Shown in pieces: positions 1 to 13,099 of a stretch of DNA of 64,000 nt; the stretch's first letter is position 1; every line of letters starts with the position of its first letter. The stretch lies in contig CM069158.1 in the NCBI GenBank assembly GCA_035221665.1, forward strand, positions 23,746,001 through 23,810,000. Reading direction: 5' to 3'. The notes beneath the pieces were generated by a model. It was not told the DNA's origin. It was given only the letters and a program-made list of their open reading frames with translations, and did not search any database. The stretch comes from Okamejei kenojei (lineage: Eukaryota). The translations under genes were made by a program, and so were the position numbers.

Positions 1-1620
1 TTTTGCCTGATTAGGCAATGTCACCAAAATAGAGCAAGACTCCGCCGCAGGCGTTTGGTGGTTCCAAACTGGTCTACACGGTCATTGTTCCCATTGGTGC
101 TCAGAATGATGACTCAGCCATTCATGACAATCCCCAGCTGCAGTAATTGTTGGTACATCCAGTACAGGAGAAGTCATCCAGTACATGATCGTATTAATTG
201 TTAATCTGCAGGTTCTGATGGACTGTCGGATAGGACAATGGATGTTCTAACTGCAGCTTGGAGAGATAGCACTAAGAAACAATATATGTCTCATATAAGG
301 AAATGGGAAATCTTATGTATACAGTCAGATATATTTTATCATACTGCAAACATATCAGATGAATTGGAGTTCCTTGCTATGTTGTACCTGAGATATAGTG
401 CCATTAATAGTGCTCGGAGTACTTTGTCCTCCTATTTAGGACAAATTCAGAATGACAATCTATCGGGTCCATCCGTTAATATCCCGATTTATGAGAGGAA
501 TTTTAATAAAATCCTACCAAACCCAGATATATAGAAATCTGGGATGTCAGTATAATTCTCATATTGCTTCGGCAGTGGGCTCCAATTATGTCACTGTCTT
601 TTCAGAACTTAATATTTAAAGTGGTTATGCTCATGTCATGTCAGGTCATTAGTATCAGCACAATGAGTACAAACATTACAAATGTTGCTCTTAGATTGTA
701 TGCAGTTGTCTATAAATGAAATTACGTTTTATGTCTATGATCTAAGCAAGCAAAGCAAGCCAGGGAGGGCTGGAACCAAGGTAATCTTTAAAGCATACCC
801 TGTCGACCAAACATTGTGTGTGGTAAGCATCTGACTCAATATATTAAAGTAACTAAGAGTCTCCGAGATTGTGAGACACTAATGCTCATTACCCACGAAA
901 TAAAAAATAAAAAAAATAAAAAAGTGACAGTACAAACTATTCTAGATGGTTAAAACAGGTTCTGTATTTAGTTGGAGTTCACACTCATGTGTTAAATCTC
1001 AACTCCACAAGGGTGGCATCAATGTCCGCGGCGAAGGCGCAGGACATGCCGCTCGACCAAATTCTAGAGGCCGCAGGATGGTGTAAAGAAGTAACTTTCT
1101 AGATTTATGAAAAACCTGTTGTCACAGTGCCAGGGTTTGCACATGCTATGTTGTGTTCTGTTCAAATTGTTTGCTTTGTTTCATATCATTGTTTCATATC
1201 ATTATTGTTATTTTCCCCTGGGATAGAGGGGTTATTACTTTCATTGTTATTATTATTAACATAGTTATTGAATAATTCAAGCAATGTTGAATAATATTAT
1301 TTACTCACTACTGTGTCAACTGAAGCAGTGTGTCGTATGGTATGAATCTACGGCATGAAAAACGCAGAGCTTCAAAATCTTCTCGTAGTCACTCACGTGA
1401 CTCTGAAGTAAAATAGCAAGATTAAACTAGAACTTACCTGTTCGATGTTTGATCTTTATTTTATGAGGCGTTACGATGAGGGATTACGTGCCCTCCGATA
1501 CCAGATGATCGTTTAGATTATGAAGGTTGGGAGCGGAGGGCACGTAATCCCTCATCGTAACTCCTCATTAAATAAAGATCAAACTTCAAACAGGTAAGTT
1601 CTCATTTAATCTTACTATTT
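1..1620 (+). mobile_element. DIRS1-like retrotransposon copy A, 3' part (end of MT domain, degraded tyrosine recombinase, ICR, right end)
   Basis: 1-215 is homologous to the MT-domain end of copies B-D. ORF 238-534 (TAAWRDSTKKQY...YSAINSARS) matches the YR N-terminal part, with HSTR-like and AAGW motifs at ~995-1085. ICR agtcactcacgtgactctgaagtaaaatag at ~1387. Terminus ...cttactatt at ~1619. Confidence 0.9.
212..1160 (+). pseudogene. Tyrosine recombinase of DIRS A, frameshifted
   Basis: Fragments homologous to the YR ORFs of B (20865-21836) and C (34534-34939), interrupted by stops and frameshifts. Confidence 0.8.
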
Positions 1621-1689
1621 TAGTGTTGTCCACACACATACTAACTATTCCATCTGCATTTGCATCCAAATTGTGAATATAAATTAAAA

Positions 1690-2040
1690 AAAACAACAGT
1701 GGACTCAGCACCGATCCCTGCAGCATACCATTTGTTACAGGCGTCGAGTATCAATAAAAACATGTACCACCTTCCTCTGTCTCCCAAGTTCAAGCCACTT
1801 TTGGATCTGGTTGGCTCAATTGTTCAGGATCCCTTGTGATCTCACCTTCCAGACCAGCCTACCATACTGCACCTTATCAAAGGCCTTGCTAGTGTCCACG
1901 AAGACAGTGTCCACTCCACTGTCATCATTCATCTCTTGGTCACCAGACAACTCAATCAAATTTGTGAGATACAATTACTCATGCATAAAACCATGCTGAC
2001 AATCTCTAATCACTGCTGCCTCTTTGATTTGATGCTGCCT
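1690..2040 (-). mobile_element. CR1-type LINE RT fragment
   Basis: Reverse strand resembles CR1 ORF2 (QHGF...SCI..LIE, DTSKAFDK, QGSVL); degraded. Confidence 0.6.
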
Positions 2041-2054
2041 CTCAGAATCCCCTC

Positions 2055-2209
2055 CAAAAAAAATGTTGCGACGCTTGAGGAAACACCACGCATCAATACG
2101 TCACCACCTCGTCACGCCGCATCACGGCGCAACTTTTTCGGTGACTTGATACGTCAGCCAATGATGCTGGCAGTCGCCAAAAAAATTGGCAAGTCGGACA
2201 GGCGCTTAA
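2055..2209. mobile_element. Harbinger-like MITE remnant (right half)
   Basis: Ends in aagtcggacaggcgctt-aa, resembling the TIR of the intact MITE at 53005-53318; no left TIR is visible. Confidence 0.4.
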
Positions 2210-2409
2210 AAGCTCCAACACCTTCTCTAATGTAATGTGGACTCTCTTCAAGTCATCTCTATTAATCTTCCTGAGTTCCCTCAAATCCATACCTTTCTTC
2301 ATGGTTAATGCAGATACTTTTCATGCCAGACTTCACCTCTCTCCTGTGAGTCCACATTTAGACAGTCTCGTTGATCTTGTTAATCTATTTCCACTTTTAC
2401 CTTTCATTT

Positions 2410-2712
2410 GTTTATTTAGTTTAGAGATACAGTGTGGAAACAGGCCCTTCGGCCCACCAAGTCCGCGCCAACCAGCGATCCCCCGTACATTAGCACTATC
2501 CTACACACACTAGGGACAATGTACACATACAAGCCAATTAACCTACAAACCTATACGTCTTTGGAGTGTGGGAGGAAACCGAAGATGTCGGAGAAAACCC
2601 ACATGGTCGCGGGGAGAACATACAAACTCCGTACAGACAGCACCCTTAGTCGGGATCGAACCCAGGTCTCTGGAGCTGCAAGCACTGTGAGGCAGCAACT
2701 CTGCCCCAATGT
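2410..2712 (-). mobile_element. tRNA-derived SINE (V-SINE/HE1-like) with CR1-type tail
   Basis: Reverse strand has B-box-like GGTTCGATCC, the central core GTTTGTATGTTCTCCCCGCGACC...CCTCCCACACTCCAAAGAC and the tail GGGCCGAAGGGCCTGTTTCC; same family as 45273-45565. Confidence 0.85.
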
Positions 2713-2867
2713 GGTTTAACATATTTGTCGAATCTCTCTGGATTCTCTTAAAACTTATCTGCCCAAACTGTTGCATGTCTCCCTTTTTGCACTCCTGATT
2801 TTCTACTTAAGTATATTCCTACACCCCCTGGATGTCTGGTAAGCCTCCAACTTACCAGACATCCCTT

Positions 2868-3545
2868 TAACAACATCACCGTTGTTGGACGAATTACAGA
2901 TGGTGTTGAGTCAGCGTATAGAAGTGATGGTGCCAGCACAACAACTTGGCTCTCAATATCAGTAAAACCAATTAACTGATTGTGGACTTTGGAAGAGGAA
3001 GGATGAGGACCCATAATCCTATTTATATCAACAGATGGTGGAGAGGGTCAAAAATGTCAAATTCCTGGGTGTATATATTTCTCAAGATCTATCCTGGACC
3101 CAGCACACTGATGCAATTATAAATAAAGCACATCAACGCCTCTACTTCCTGAGAAGATTACAGAGATTTGGTATGTCAGCGAGGATTCTCTTGAGCTTCT
3201 ACAGTTGTATAGTAGAGAGCATATTGACTGGTTGTATTGTGGCCTGGTTTGGCAACTTGAACGCCCAGGAGCGAAAGGACTGCAATAAGTTGTGAACACA
3301 GCCCAGTCCATTATCAGCTCTGACATCCCCACCATCGAAAGGATTTATTACAGTCGCTGCCTCAAAAAGGCGGCCAGCATCATCAGAGACCCACACCATC
3401 CTGGCCACCATCATTTCACCCTTGTCATCGGGAAGAAGGTACAGGAGCCTGAAAACTAACATCCAGGTTCAGGAACAGCCTCTTCCCTACAGTCATCAGG
3501 CTATAAAACACTACAACCTCAAATAAACTCTGAACTACAACAGAC
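2868..3545 (+). mobile_element. Rex1/L2-type LINE, 3' fragment of RT ORF
   Basis: ORF 3035-3295 (VERVKNVKFLGVYIS.DLSW...AHQRLYFLRRL) is homologous to 17798-18568. Confidence 0.85.
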
Positions 3546-3546
3546 T

Positions 3547-3577
<31 letters not shown>

Positions 3578-3601
3578 GTATTATTATTAGTATTATTATT
3601 A
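3546..3601. repeat. (TTA)n microsatellite next to an assembly gap
   Basis: Directly visible tandem tta/gta units. Confidence 0.95.
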
Positions 3602-3611
3602 TCGCACTACT

Positions 3612-3785
3612 NNNNNNNNNNNNNNNNNNNNNNNNNNNNNNNNNNNNNNNNNNNNNNNNNNNNNNNNNNNNNNNNNNNNNNNNNNNNNNNNNNNNNNNNN
3701 NNNNNNNNNNNNNNNNNNNNNNNNNNNNNNNNNNNNNNNNNNNNNNNNNNNNNNNNNNNNNNNNNNNNNNNNNNNNNNNNNNNNN
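3612..3785. other. Assembly gap (N run)
   Basis: 174 N. Confidence 1.
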
Positions 3786-4816
3786 GTATCTATACACTGA
3801 CTTTTCTTTCTCTCTCGTTTATCATACTGTTTACAGTGCACTATGTTTACATATTCTGTTGTGCTGTAGCAAGTAAGACTGTCATTGTTCAATACTCTTG
3901 ACTCTCTTTACGCTTGATCTACAAATAGCCTCTCCCAATCAACTTCTGAAAGTTCCTGTCTAAAACCATCAAATTGGCCTTGCTCCAATTTGGGACTCGA
4001 AGCTTTGGACAGTTCTATCCTTTTCCAAAACTATTTTAAAATTAACATAATTATGGCCACTGCTTTCATTAACATTTACCACTGTGTAATTTCCCAAGAG
4101 AAGGTTTTCATTTCAACTATATGGCCATCTACATTATTGATTGAGAAACTTTCACTGAACTTACTCAAGAAGCTCAACTCTATCCTTGATTCCAAGCCTT
4201 AAACATGAACGGTTCTAGTCGATATTTAGAACTTTAAAATCTACTATTACACCATGCTATTCGTACAGCTATCAGTGATCTCCCTACAACTTTCCTCTTC
4301 AACTCCCAATGACTATTGAGGGGCCTACAATACAAGCCCATCACCTCTTCTTATTCACTGCCTCACTAGATGATGCCCCTGTAAATAATAATGATCACCT
4401 TATTAATCACTCCCACCTTAACTCTTTAATCCAAACTTTCTGTTTTCTGTAAAAATGGTAACCTATTCATTCTTAATCTTAACGCTGCTCCTTGGGTGTG
4501 GTCATGCATATGTTGCTCGGCAGCATATCAAAACTATCTTGACAATCCACGTTTGGTTACAGAGCAATCCCAATTCTCAGCAATTTTTCATGTAACCAAT
4601 TCTCTCCACGTCCCCCTCATCTTCTCTGGATTCTAACATTCACCGACACACTGGTGGCCATTTACAAAGGCATCTGTGAAGACCTGGGGGAAACCCACAT
4701 GTCCACAAGTAAACTCACGCACCAGAGGTGAGGATTGAATCTGGATTGCTGGAGTTGCGAGGCACCAACCACCAGCTGTATTACAGTCCCCCCACATCAG
4801 ATTTTGCATGCTTAAC

Positions 4817-5330
4817 CTATACTATTACTAAAACTCTTTGTCTTGTTTGTGGCTGTCTGTGTGTATGTGTATGTGTATGTGTCAATTTCTATTTTCCTAT
4901 TTTCTTCCAAACGCTAGACCACAGCCTTTCCATTTTCACACATTCTATTCACATTTTCCCATCGAGGTGATAAACACCTTCCCGTCGCATTCCCACCTAT
5001 ATTTCCACACTTTTTAATCGTTTAAAGCTTTAAAAAAAATCCCCGAGTAACGTCACAATGCACTCGCAAGGCAGGACGGGACACTGCGGGAGGGAGCGCA
5101 TTCCAGCGCATGTGCGTGATGCCCGCTGCCCACGCCCAACACCTGGTGGCGAGGGTGGAGCTGTGGCCCTTGCTGGAGCCGAGCCTGGTGCTCGAGCTGG
5201 ATTGAGAGCCGAGCCCGGGCTGAAAAAAAATGCTGCCTCTGGAACCAAGTCAGGGCCGGGCCGAGTACGGGAATCAGGCTGAGTTCCAGGCCCTGGCGCT
5301 GCTCTACGACCTGGGTAGATCCTGAGTTTC
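4817..5330 (+). mobile_element. Possible non-autonomous Helitron-like element
   Basis: Starts CTATACTATTACTAAAA followed by a (GT)-rich microsatellite, resembling the 5' ends of fish Helitron-type elements; no CTRR 3' end identified. Confidence 0.3.
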
Positions 5331-5810
5331 AGTCATTATTACTGGGATTGCATTTTCACCTTCTTCAAATAGAAAACTGCACAGTTTCTGTTGTTCTCAT
5401 TCTGACAAACATGACAAACCAGAAGAAAAACAGATTTATAATTGTTTTTGGCACATCATGCCTTTAGCACAGGAAGAACATCCTTCACAAAACTTTGATT
5501 TCTCCACACTTAAGCTATTTCTGTACTTAAAACTGCTGCACACCAAAAACAAATATCTCAATATAATTTTAGTAGTGACTAGACTAAACTACATTTTGTA
5601 AATGTAATGTAAATGTAATGTAGGCTAATGTAAATAATCATAACTGCAGCTAAGATTTAGCTTAATTTACAATTTGACAATCCAAATGTACCTTGTGTTT
5701 AACCACGACCAAAGCAGAATACTGGTACATTTCTTTGAATACTATGACAGCAAATCAAATCATTTCTAGCATCTTAATCCCCTTCCACTTAATTCCCTCT
5801 TTCCAGATTT

Positions 5811-6537
5811 CACAATCAATCACAATCACAATAATACTTTATTCGTCAAATATGTTTTACAACATATGAGGAATTTCATTTGCCAAGTCAGTCATACAAA
5901 TATAAAGCAACGGAACAAACAGAACACAATTTAACATAAGCATCCATCACAGTGCTCCTCCACATTCCTCACTGTGATGGAAGGCAAAAAAAGTTCAATC
6001 TCTTCCCTTTGCTCTCCCGTGGTCGGCGGCCTCGGGCCCTCTGTTGATGGGATGATCTTGACTCCCGTAGCCGGCGGCGGGCCCTCCCCGTCAAGGCAAT
6101 CCGCTCCTGCATCGGGGATGTCAGCTCCCCCGCGCCAGACGATTGAACCCAGCATCGGGGCTGGTCGAACCTTCCGCCACGTTTGAGCTCCTGAAATCCA
6201 CAGCCTCTCCCGAGACTGCAAGCTCTCGATGTAAAGTCCACAATCCCAGGCAAGGGATCGACTCCGATGTAAATTCATGCCCCGTGGTGGGGCCCAAGGT
6301 CAGTCCGAGGAGGGTTCCAGCTCCATCGATGGTAGGCCGCAGAGCGACCGGAGAATGCGATACGAAAAATAATCACATCTCCGGGAAGGTAAGAAACTGA
6401 AAAAAAAATTCCCCCTCCCCCCACATCGAACAAACCGGAGAACATTTACACAAACTTTTAACACACACTCAAAATTAAAAAAAGATGAAAAAACAGACTG
6501 TTGGTGGGGCTGCCAATCGTGCAGCGTCCCTGGTAGT
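5811..6537 (-). mobile_element. GC-rich non-autonomous retroposon with LINE-like 3' tail
   Basis: (CACAAT)n tail plus AATAAA on the minus strand, organised like the LINE tail at 17601; GC-rich body with no credible ORF. Confidence 0.45.
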
Positions 6538-7755
6538 CTTTTACCAAATCCCTGACAATTTTGTCTGACAAGCTGCTCCAGTACCACATTCTATCACAGT
6601 GCAATGTTGCTACGTTAAAATGATCCAGTGAATCCTATGGATCCTATGATCAATTTTCCCTTGCAACTGATCTGATCTGAAAGCTGACCCGAAACCATCT
6701 TAATGGCATGAGAGTGTCATTATCTCAACACACCTTCCATGTGCACATTAGTTTAAAATATTTACTCACTGAAATAAATTGCTATGTAAGCATTAAATGC
6801 AAACATATAATTAATCTGTCTGCAATTAATTCAATAACAATGATAGCATCAAAAGCATATGAAAACATCGCATCACTATTGATAAAATAATTAAGTACCT
6901 TTTCACAGCATCTTTAAGGCATAATCGTTTTTAATGTATATTAAACAAGATCATTCCTTATGAAATTAATTCCTTATGTTATTAAATGACTGAATTTTTA
7001 AAAAAAAAACTAAATTTAACTGACTTGATTATTTTTTGAGATGTTGTGCTTTTGAGCCAAACAAATTAAAACATCTATTGATTTTTCTATTGACAATCCA
7101 TCAGTTTTTTTTCTCTTGATTAAGTAATATTCAGGGTAGGCTCACATGACAGATATCTTTGCCATGCTTGTTATTTTTTCCAATACTTAGCACATATCTG
7201 AATTTATTGCAAGTTTCCATTCCTGCAAGTTAACCTATATTTTAATGTTTTTAAACCTAATGCTACTATTCCTAAATCAGTGCTTTCTATTGTTTAATGC
7301 AATATGAAAATCATTAACTTCTAAATACAGATTTCAAAAAACATCCACTTTGAAATAATGCCCTGAAAACTTATTGCAATATTGTTCTTAAATGTCCATG
7401 TATTGGAGGCCCAATTATGCTTGAAAGGTTTTATTTTGCCATAGGCAAAATAAAAAAAGCTGAGTTTCCGAAAGAATTTGCAACAACTTTTAAAAATACC
7501 AGTCTCCAACAGTGACAGTGGCTTTGATAACAAAGTTAAAGTTACCAGTATTTCCTAAACAATGCTATGAAAATCTCATCATCCTCACCTCAACTGCAAG
7601 GGTTGATGGAGAATATATAATGATTTTAAGCAGTTAATAATTATTTTATTTATTTGCCTCTATTGACAATTAAAAAAGAACAAGTTTTTGCATAACTGTC
7701 ATAATCACTCTGTCTATTAACAAAATCAGCACAAACATTTGCTATAAGTTCTTAC

Positions 7756-7825
7756 CTGAAGAAATTATGTGGTATATAAGTACGTGCCAAAATAATATCA
7801 TTAACGTAAACTTTTTATGATCCAT
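7756..7825 (-). CDS. Putative first coding exon (signal peptide) of an unidentified secreted/membrane protein gene
   Basis: GAA-ATG-G context, MDHKKFTLMILFWHVLIYHIISS (basic N-region plus hydrophobic core), then a perfect CAG|GTAAG phase-1 donor, in unique AT-rich sequence. Confidence 0.55.
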
Positions 7826-9022
7826 TTCACCAAAGGACGAAGTCTGAAAATTGCAGGTAACGAATCTGCTCTGTCTCAAGACTAAATGCTCAGGTGTATT
7901 TGAAACCCTTCTTGTTTCAAATATGGAACTGTATCTGACGTCTTCACTACACCACACCTTTTTTTGTAAATCAAAGCTTGGCAAAGCAAGGAATATGTGT
8001 GTAATCATGACAGTGACCGAAGAGAGAACTTCCCCACCCTAATAATCGTCAGTACGATTGTTTTATTTTGGGCTGCATTGTCTGACATTTTTAAAGCACT
8101 TCAATACTTTCAATAGTTTCAATGTTTTCAAAATTTTCAATAGTGCACAGAAATCTCTAAAACCAAAATAAATCTGCAGATACTAGTAAATAAAAGTATG
8201 CTATTACAAAAAATAAAAGCATAAAAAGCTGGGAAAACTCAGATGACTAAAGCACTCAATGTGTCTCTTTCCACCACTGTCTGACCTACTAAATTTTTAC
8301 AACCTTTTTTGACTGATTAGAATGCCTCTGAATGAGAGAAGGCAACATTTCCTACCCTGCAGCACCTTGTTCTCCGTGGTATTGCCTGAGCTATTTAGTG
8401 TGGTTTTCATTTAAAAACACGCCGCTTACTTAATAAATGCCAAATATTTGCTGTCCTTGTTTCTATTTCCCTTCTCTGGAGGTGCATTAGGGGTGGATGG
8501 TGATGTAGGATGATGACAGTGTATTCCGGATGTGGGGAGTGGGAGAGGTAGCCTAGTGGGTTCATTCCTCCACCTCTTTCATTACCATGGACTAGTTTTG
8601 TAATTATGTATTTTTGTACTAATGTCTTGCTTTTTTGTGCAGTTTTCATTCTTTTTACGGTTGCGTAGTAGTTATTTATAACATGCATAATTGATATATC
8701 ATATTGTGCGTCTATGTATGTCTGAGTCCACGTGCATCATCTTGGTAGATGTCGGCGACTGCGGGGGAGAAAGAGGAGGAGGAGGCGGGAGCGGCAGAGT
8801 GGACAAATCGCGAGAGAGGAGGGGGGAGGTTGCAGTGCAGTTGTGTGCAGACAAGGCTACTGATAGGAAGAAGAAGCAGCTCGTGAGAGAAGAGGGAGCC
8901 CCATGGTTGCTGAGTGCATCCTGTCGTTAGCGACTTGAAGAAAGCGGTGCTGGTCAGGGGCAACAATGAGAGCCACAACAACAACCGCTTCCACCAGACA
9001 ATGTGGTAGCTGGCGAAGAAGG

Positions 9023-9130
9023 TAGACACAAAAAGGTGGAGTAACTCAGCGGGCAGGCTGCATCTTTGGAGAGAAGGAATGGGTGATGTTTCAGGTCGAG
9101 ACCCTTCTTCAGACTGGTTAGGGATAAGGG
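9023..9130 (-). mobile_element. Penelope-like element terminal fragment with minimal hammerhead motif
   Basis: Reverse strand CTGAAGA-AGGGTCTCGACCT-GAAACATC; same repeat as 56110-56425. Confidence 0.7.
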
Positions 9131-10047
9131 GTCCAAATGGAATTTCAATTGGCTTCAAATTCTTGTGCATTAAATTATTCCAGAATGGTCCTGGATACAG
9201 TTTTAATTTATAGACAGTTTAGTTTATAGTTGCAACCAAGCCAAAAGATGCACATTTTCATAGGCTGCATTTTTGGAGTATGTTGGGAAAACCAAGTACA
9301 TTTGGGGCTGAAGGAGAATTGGGATCGGTATATTTGCTGTTGAGTGGGGCAATTGGTTGTTTGCATTTTGGGGATTGGGGAAACATTCTGTGATTTGCAG
9401 TATAATTGGGAAGGGTGGAATGGGGAGATGAACAATGCATTGGGGACAAGTTTAGGAAACGGGGAAGATGTTGAGTTTGGGTAACAGAGTAGGAGTACAA
9501 CGGAAGGGGAGCATCAGGAGTAATTGGCAAATAACAGTCCTTTGGGAAGTGTGGTGGGAGGCGATAGAGAGGTGATGGGCAAGGAGTACATTGGATAATG
9601 CAGAAAATAAGTTTGAGCCTGACAGTGCAAATGGGGAAGGGATGGTGTGTGAAGACGAGTGGCACATTGGATAGGCAGTTCACTAGTATTATAACATTGG
9701 CATAAACCTTATGCGTGATAGGTGACATGGCAAGGACTTTCAAATGCAGATGGAGGGCAGAGGTGGAGACCAATTCTCCATAATTTCCCTACAGCTCCAC
9801 CTCCAGATGAGTCCCTTACCATTTCTGAAGCACAGATTACAGCACCAATTATAATTAAACTTAGTTAGTTGGATGTTTTAGGGTGGGAAGGTTGGAGGTG
9901 GATAGCAAGGACCATGTGGAGATACAGACCGAGGTGAGGAAGACTGGGAGAGGGACTGAAGGAGGATTAGAGAGAGGAGTGGAACAAATAGCTCATCAGT
10001 TTGTTTAAATCTTCATGGCTGAGAAGTCCATTTGTTCCTCATCCATG

Positions 10048-10185
10048 GATACAAAGTGCTGGAGCAACTCAGTGGGTCAGGCAGCCTCTCTGGAGGACTT
10101 GGAACCTATCCCGACCTGAAACCTCACCCATCCACGTTCTCCAGAGATGCTTCCTGACCCGCTTACTCCAGCAATTTGTGTCCTT
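10048..10185. repeat. Fold-back pair of Penelope terminal fragments
   Basis: acaaagtgctggagcaactcagtgggtcaggcagc...tctggag is inverted as ctccagagatgcttcctgacccgcttactccagcaatttgt. Confidence 0.7.
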
Positions 10186-12169
10186 TTATGTAAAGGATAC
10201 TTTACTGCAGTTCCTCGCCTCAACATTTTGGCTGCTCCTCAATCATGTTTGGACGAGGGATAACATTGCCTTGCAGAAAAAATACATGGGTTACCACTGC
10301 ATTCCCAGGTAATCCTGGGATAATGAACAGATCAAGAGAGAGTTAAATATAGCTTTTAGGCCTAACAAAATCAAGGGATTTTGTGAGAAAGCAAGAAACT
10401 GATTTTGGATGATCAGCCATGATCATATTGAATGGCTTGAAGGGCCGAATGGCCTACTCCTGCATCTATTTTCTATGTTTCTATTTTGCTATGTCAACAA
10501 ACCAGTCAATTAAATTGAGTGGTGTGTGCCAAAGGCAACTATACAACCTCTCCATTCAGTGATTCTGGTCAAAAGCATAATACAAAATCAACATGCGTGC
10601 AACAATATCCAGATAATCTTTTCTGAAATTGTTAGCATTACAGCCACTATTACCCATCCCAAAGTGCAAAGTTTTCAATGAGGTAGGTTAGGAAAGAAGA
10701 TCATATAGAACATTGTTAGTATTGTTAGAAATCTTGGTAGATTTACAATATAAATAGAGATTTAAAAGAGAACTAATTATAATGGATGACAATAGATCCC
10801 CGTTTGGGATCAGCACACGAAGAGTCACCACACTCCTGCACCATCTTGAGTTTGGATGTTGAAAGCTGCTGGTTAAGTATTCCTTGTGGGATCAATATGA
10901 TGTTCATAATTACTATCATCCCAGTGATAGAAGTCCAAATCGAATTGCCCAGTGTTCTTATTACTTAAAAAAAAACATTTTTACAGTGTTAATGATGTAC
11001 CACAAATGGTCATTGCAAATTTTTAACATGACTGATGATAATGCTAAAAGGTTTGGCCAGTGTGTGGAACATGCTTGCCCCAAACTCATTTTGAAGTTAC
11101 ACTGGGTGGTCTTTATTCTCACATTCTTAACCTACAGCAGTGTTGCTGTGTGAAGAGGACTGGAATATTGTCCAGAGTGTATTTGGAGCTGTGTGTGTCA
11201 GGGAATGGGCAGCAGTCCCATGCTGCACTCATTCTTCTAATTTCTAAAGATTGTGAGGTTGGGAGGTTCTACAACAGAAGGGAGGTGTTGGCTCTGTGCG
11301 TATGTTCACATGGAGATAACTGGTATATCCAGTCCTTGATGATCACAAACTACTGTTGGAGTATATCCAGTTAAGCAACTGCTGGAGTGCTGTTGTACAT
11401 AGCAACAATCTCTCCTTGTTAAATCATTACCTTCAATAATTAATAACAACAATTTTGATTGTTCTATTTACTCCTCTTTAGAAATTCTATAATTCATTTT
11501 GTATCATGGCAAGTATTATATCCAAAGTACGACATTCAGAATTTGATAGGATCTGAAAGGTGACATAAATTGGTGGCTGCCTTGAAAATCCACATCAGTG
11601 GTGTTATGATGTTCAGTGGTAATGACAGCAGTCCTGGGCGGAGGGGTGGGGAGTGGGGGTGTATGAAGACCAGCTCAGTCTTTTATTTGTTGCAGCAGTT
11701 GACGTAAACTTACAGTGATTTAAAGTTTTGTTTGTAAAAAAACTGAAAATAATGTAGACACAAAATGCTGGAGTATAATACTTGCCAAGATACAAAATGC
11801 GTGTCATGCAGTATCTCTGGAGAAAATGCATAGATGACATTTCAGTTCAGGACACCTCTTCAGACAAAAACAGAAAGAATGAACTTAGAAGAAATTGAGT
11901 TGGTCATTTTGTCTTGGGGTCTCCTTGGTGAGATCCTTTTCTTTTCCTCTCATTCAAATATGATTTATTTATTACTTTCTTTTTTTATTCTTGTTTTTAA
12001 TGGATTATCATTATGAAAATGCATTTTGCAGAGATAAGAAACAGCAAATGGTAAACTAATATCTCATTTCATTTAACATTGATAAATAACTACTTGACAG
12101 AATTATTAATTCCAATGATATCTGCATGTTTTCTCAAATTACCACCTAATTTGTGTTTAACAAAAATAC

Positions 12170-13030
12170 AATATACCTGCACTTGACAAGGTGGCTTGAT
12201 TAGAAATAGTCAGCATAGCTTTCTGCATTTTAAATCGTATCTCATAAATTTGACTGAGTGTGTTTCAAAGCAATTATCAAGAAAATGTATGAGGGCATGG
12301 TAGTAGCACTGGAATAACTCAGCAGGTCAGGCAGTATCACTGGAAAAAAAAGATAGGCAATGTTTTAGGTCGAGACCATTCTTCATACTCAGCTATATGG
12401 TCTTCAGTAAGAACTTCATGAGATTCTTCTCGATAGGTTGCTTTGAAACATTAGATCACATAGGATCCAGGGAGATATGGCAAATTAGATATGTAATTAC
12501 TTGATGGTTGGAAGCAGTGGTTGGCCGTGGAAGGGTGTTTATTGGACTGGAGGCCTGTGACTAGTGGTTTGCCTCGAGGATCAATGCTGGGCCCATTATT
12601 GTTTGCCATCAATTTCAACAATTTGAATAAGAATGTTCAAGATATTGTAGGTAAGTTTACAGATGACACCTAAAGAGATGGTACAGTTGACAGTAAAGAT
12701 GGTTTTCAGGAAGCACAGTGGGATTTTGATTAACTGGACAAGTGGGCTGAGGATTAGCAAATGGAGTTTAATTCAGATAAGAGCCAGGCCTTGTATTTTG
12801 GGAAATCAAAGCAGGGTAGGACTTGCACAGTGAACAATAGGGACCATCTGTTGTGTTGTAGAGCAGAGGGATCCAAAGGATCCAGGACTACATTGTTCCC
12901 TGAAAATGGTATTTCAGTTACATAGGGAGGTTAAGAAGGCCTTTGACATGCTGGGTTTCATTAGTCAGGGCACTGAATATAGAAGTTGGTACATCACGTT
13001 GCAGTTTACAAGACTTTGGTGAGATTGCAC
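12170..13030 (+). mobile_element. Degraded CR1 LINE RT fragment, interrupted by a Penelope fragment at ~12308-12392
   Basis: SQHSF, SGLPRGSMLGP and KFTDDT-like motifs; many stops. Confidence 0.75.
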
Positions 13031-13099
13031 AAAGGGACTGTTTCCATGATGTGTGATTTTCTATAACAAAACCCAGCTGATTCATTATCTCCTCATATT

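Noticed and set aside
3519-3892. ORFs spanning the N run
   Set aside because: Artefacts of the gap and the (TTA)n repeat.
5030-6587. GC-rich ORFs and CpG-island-like patches as a host gene or promoter
   Set aside because: Low-complexity translations lying within repeat-like bodies with tails.
7540-7600. 5-nt and 9-nt micro-exons downstream of the signal-peptide exon; also a 42-nt exon at ~5360-5401
   Set aside because: AG/GT pairs this short arise by chance; unsupported without RNA data.
10786-11400. Overlapping short ORFs as a host gene
   Set aside because: No splice-consistent structure; more likely an ancient LINE remnant.
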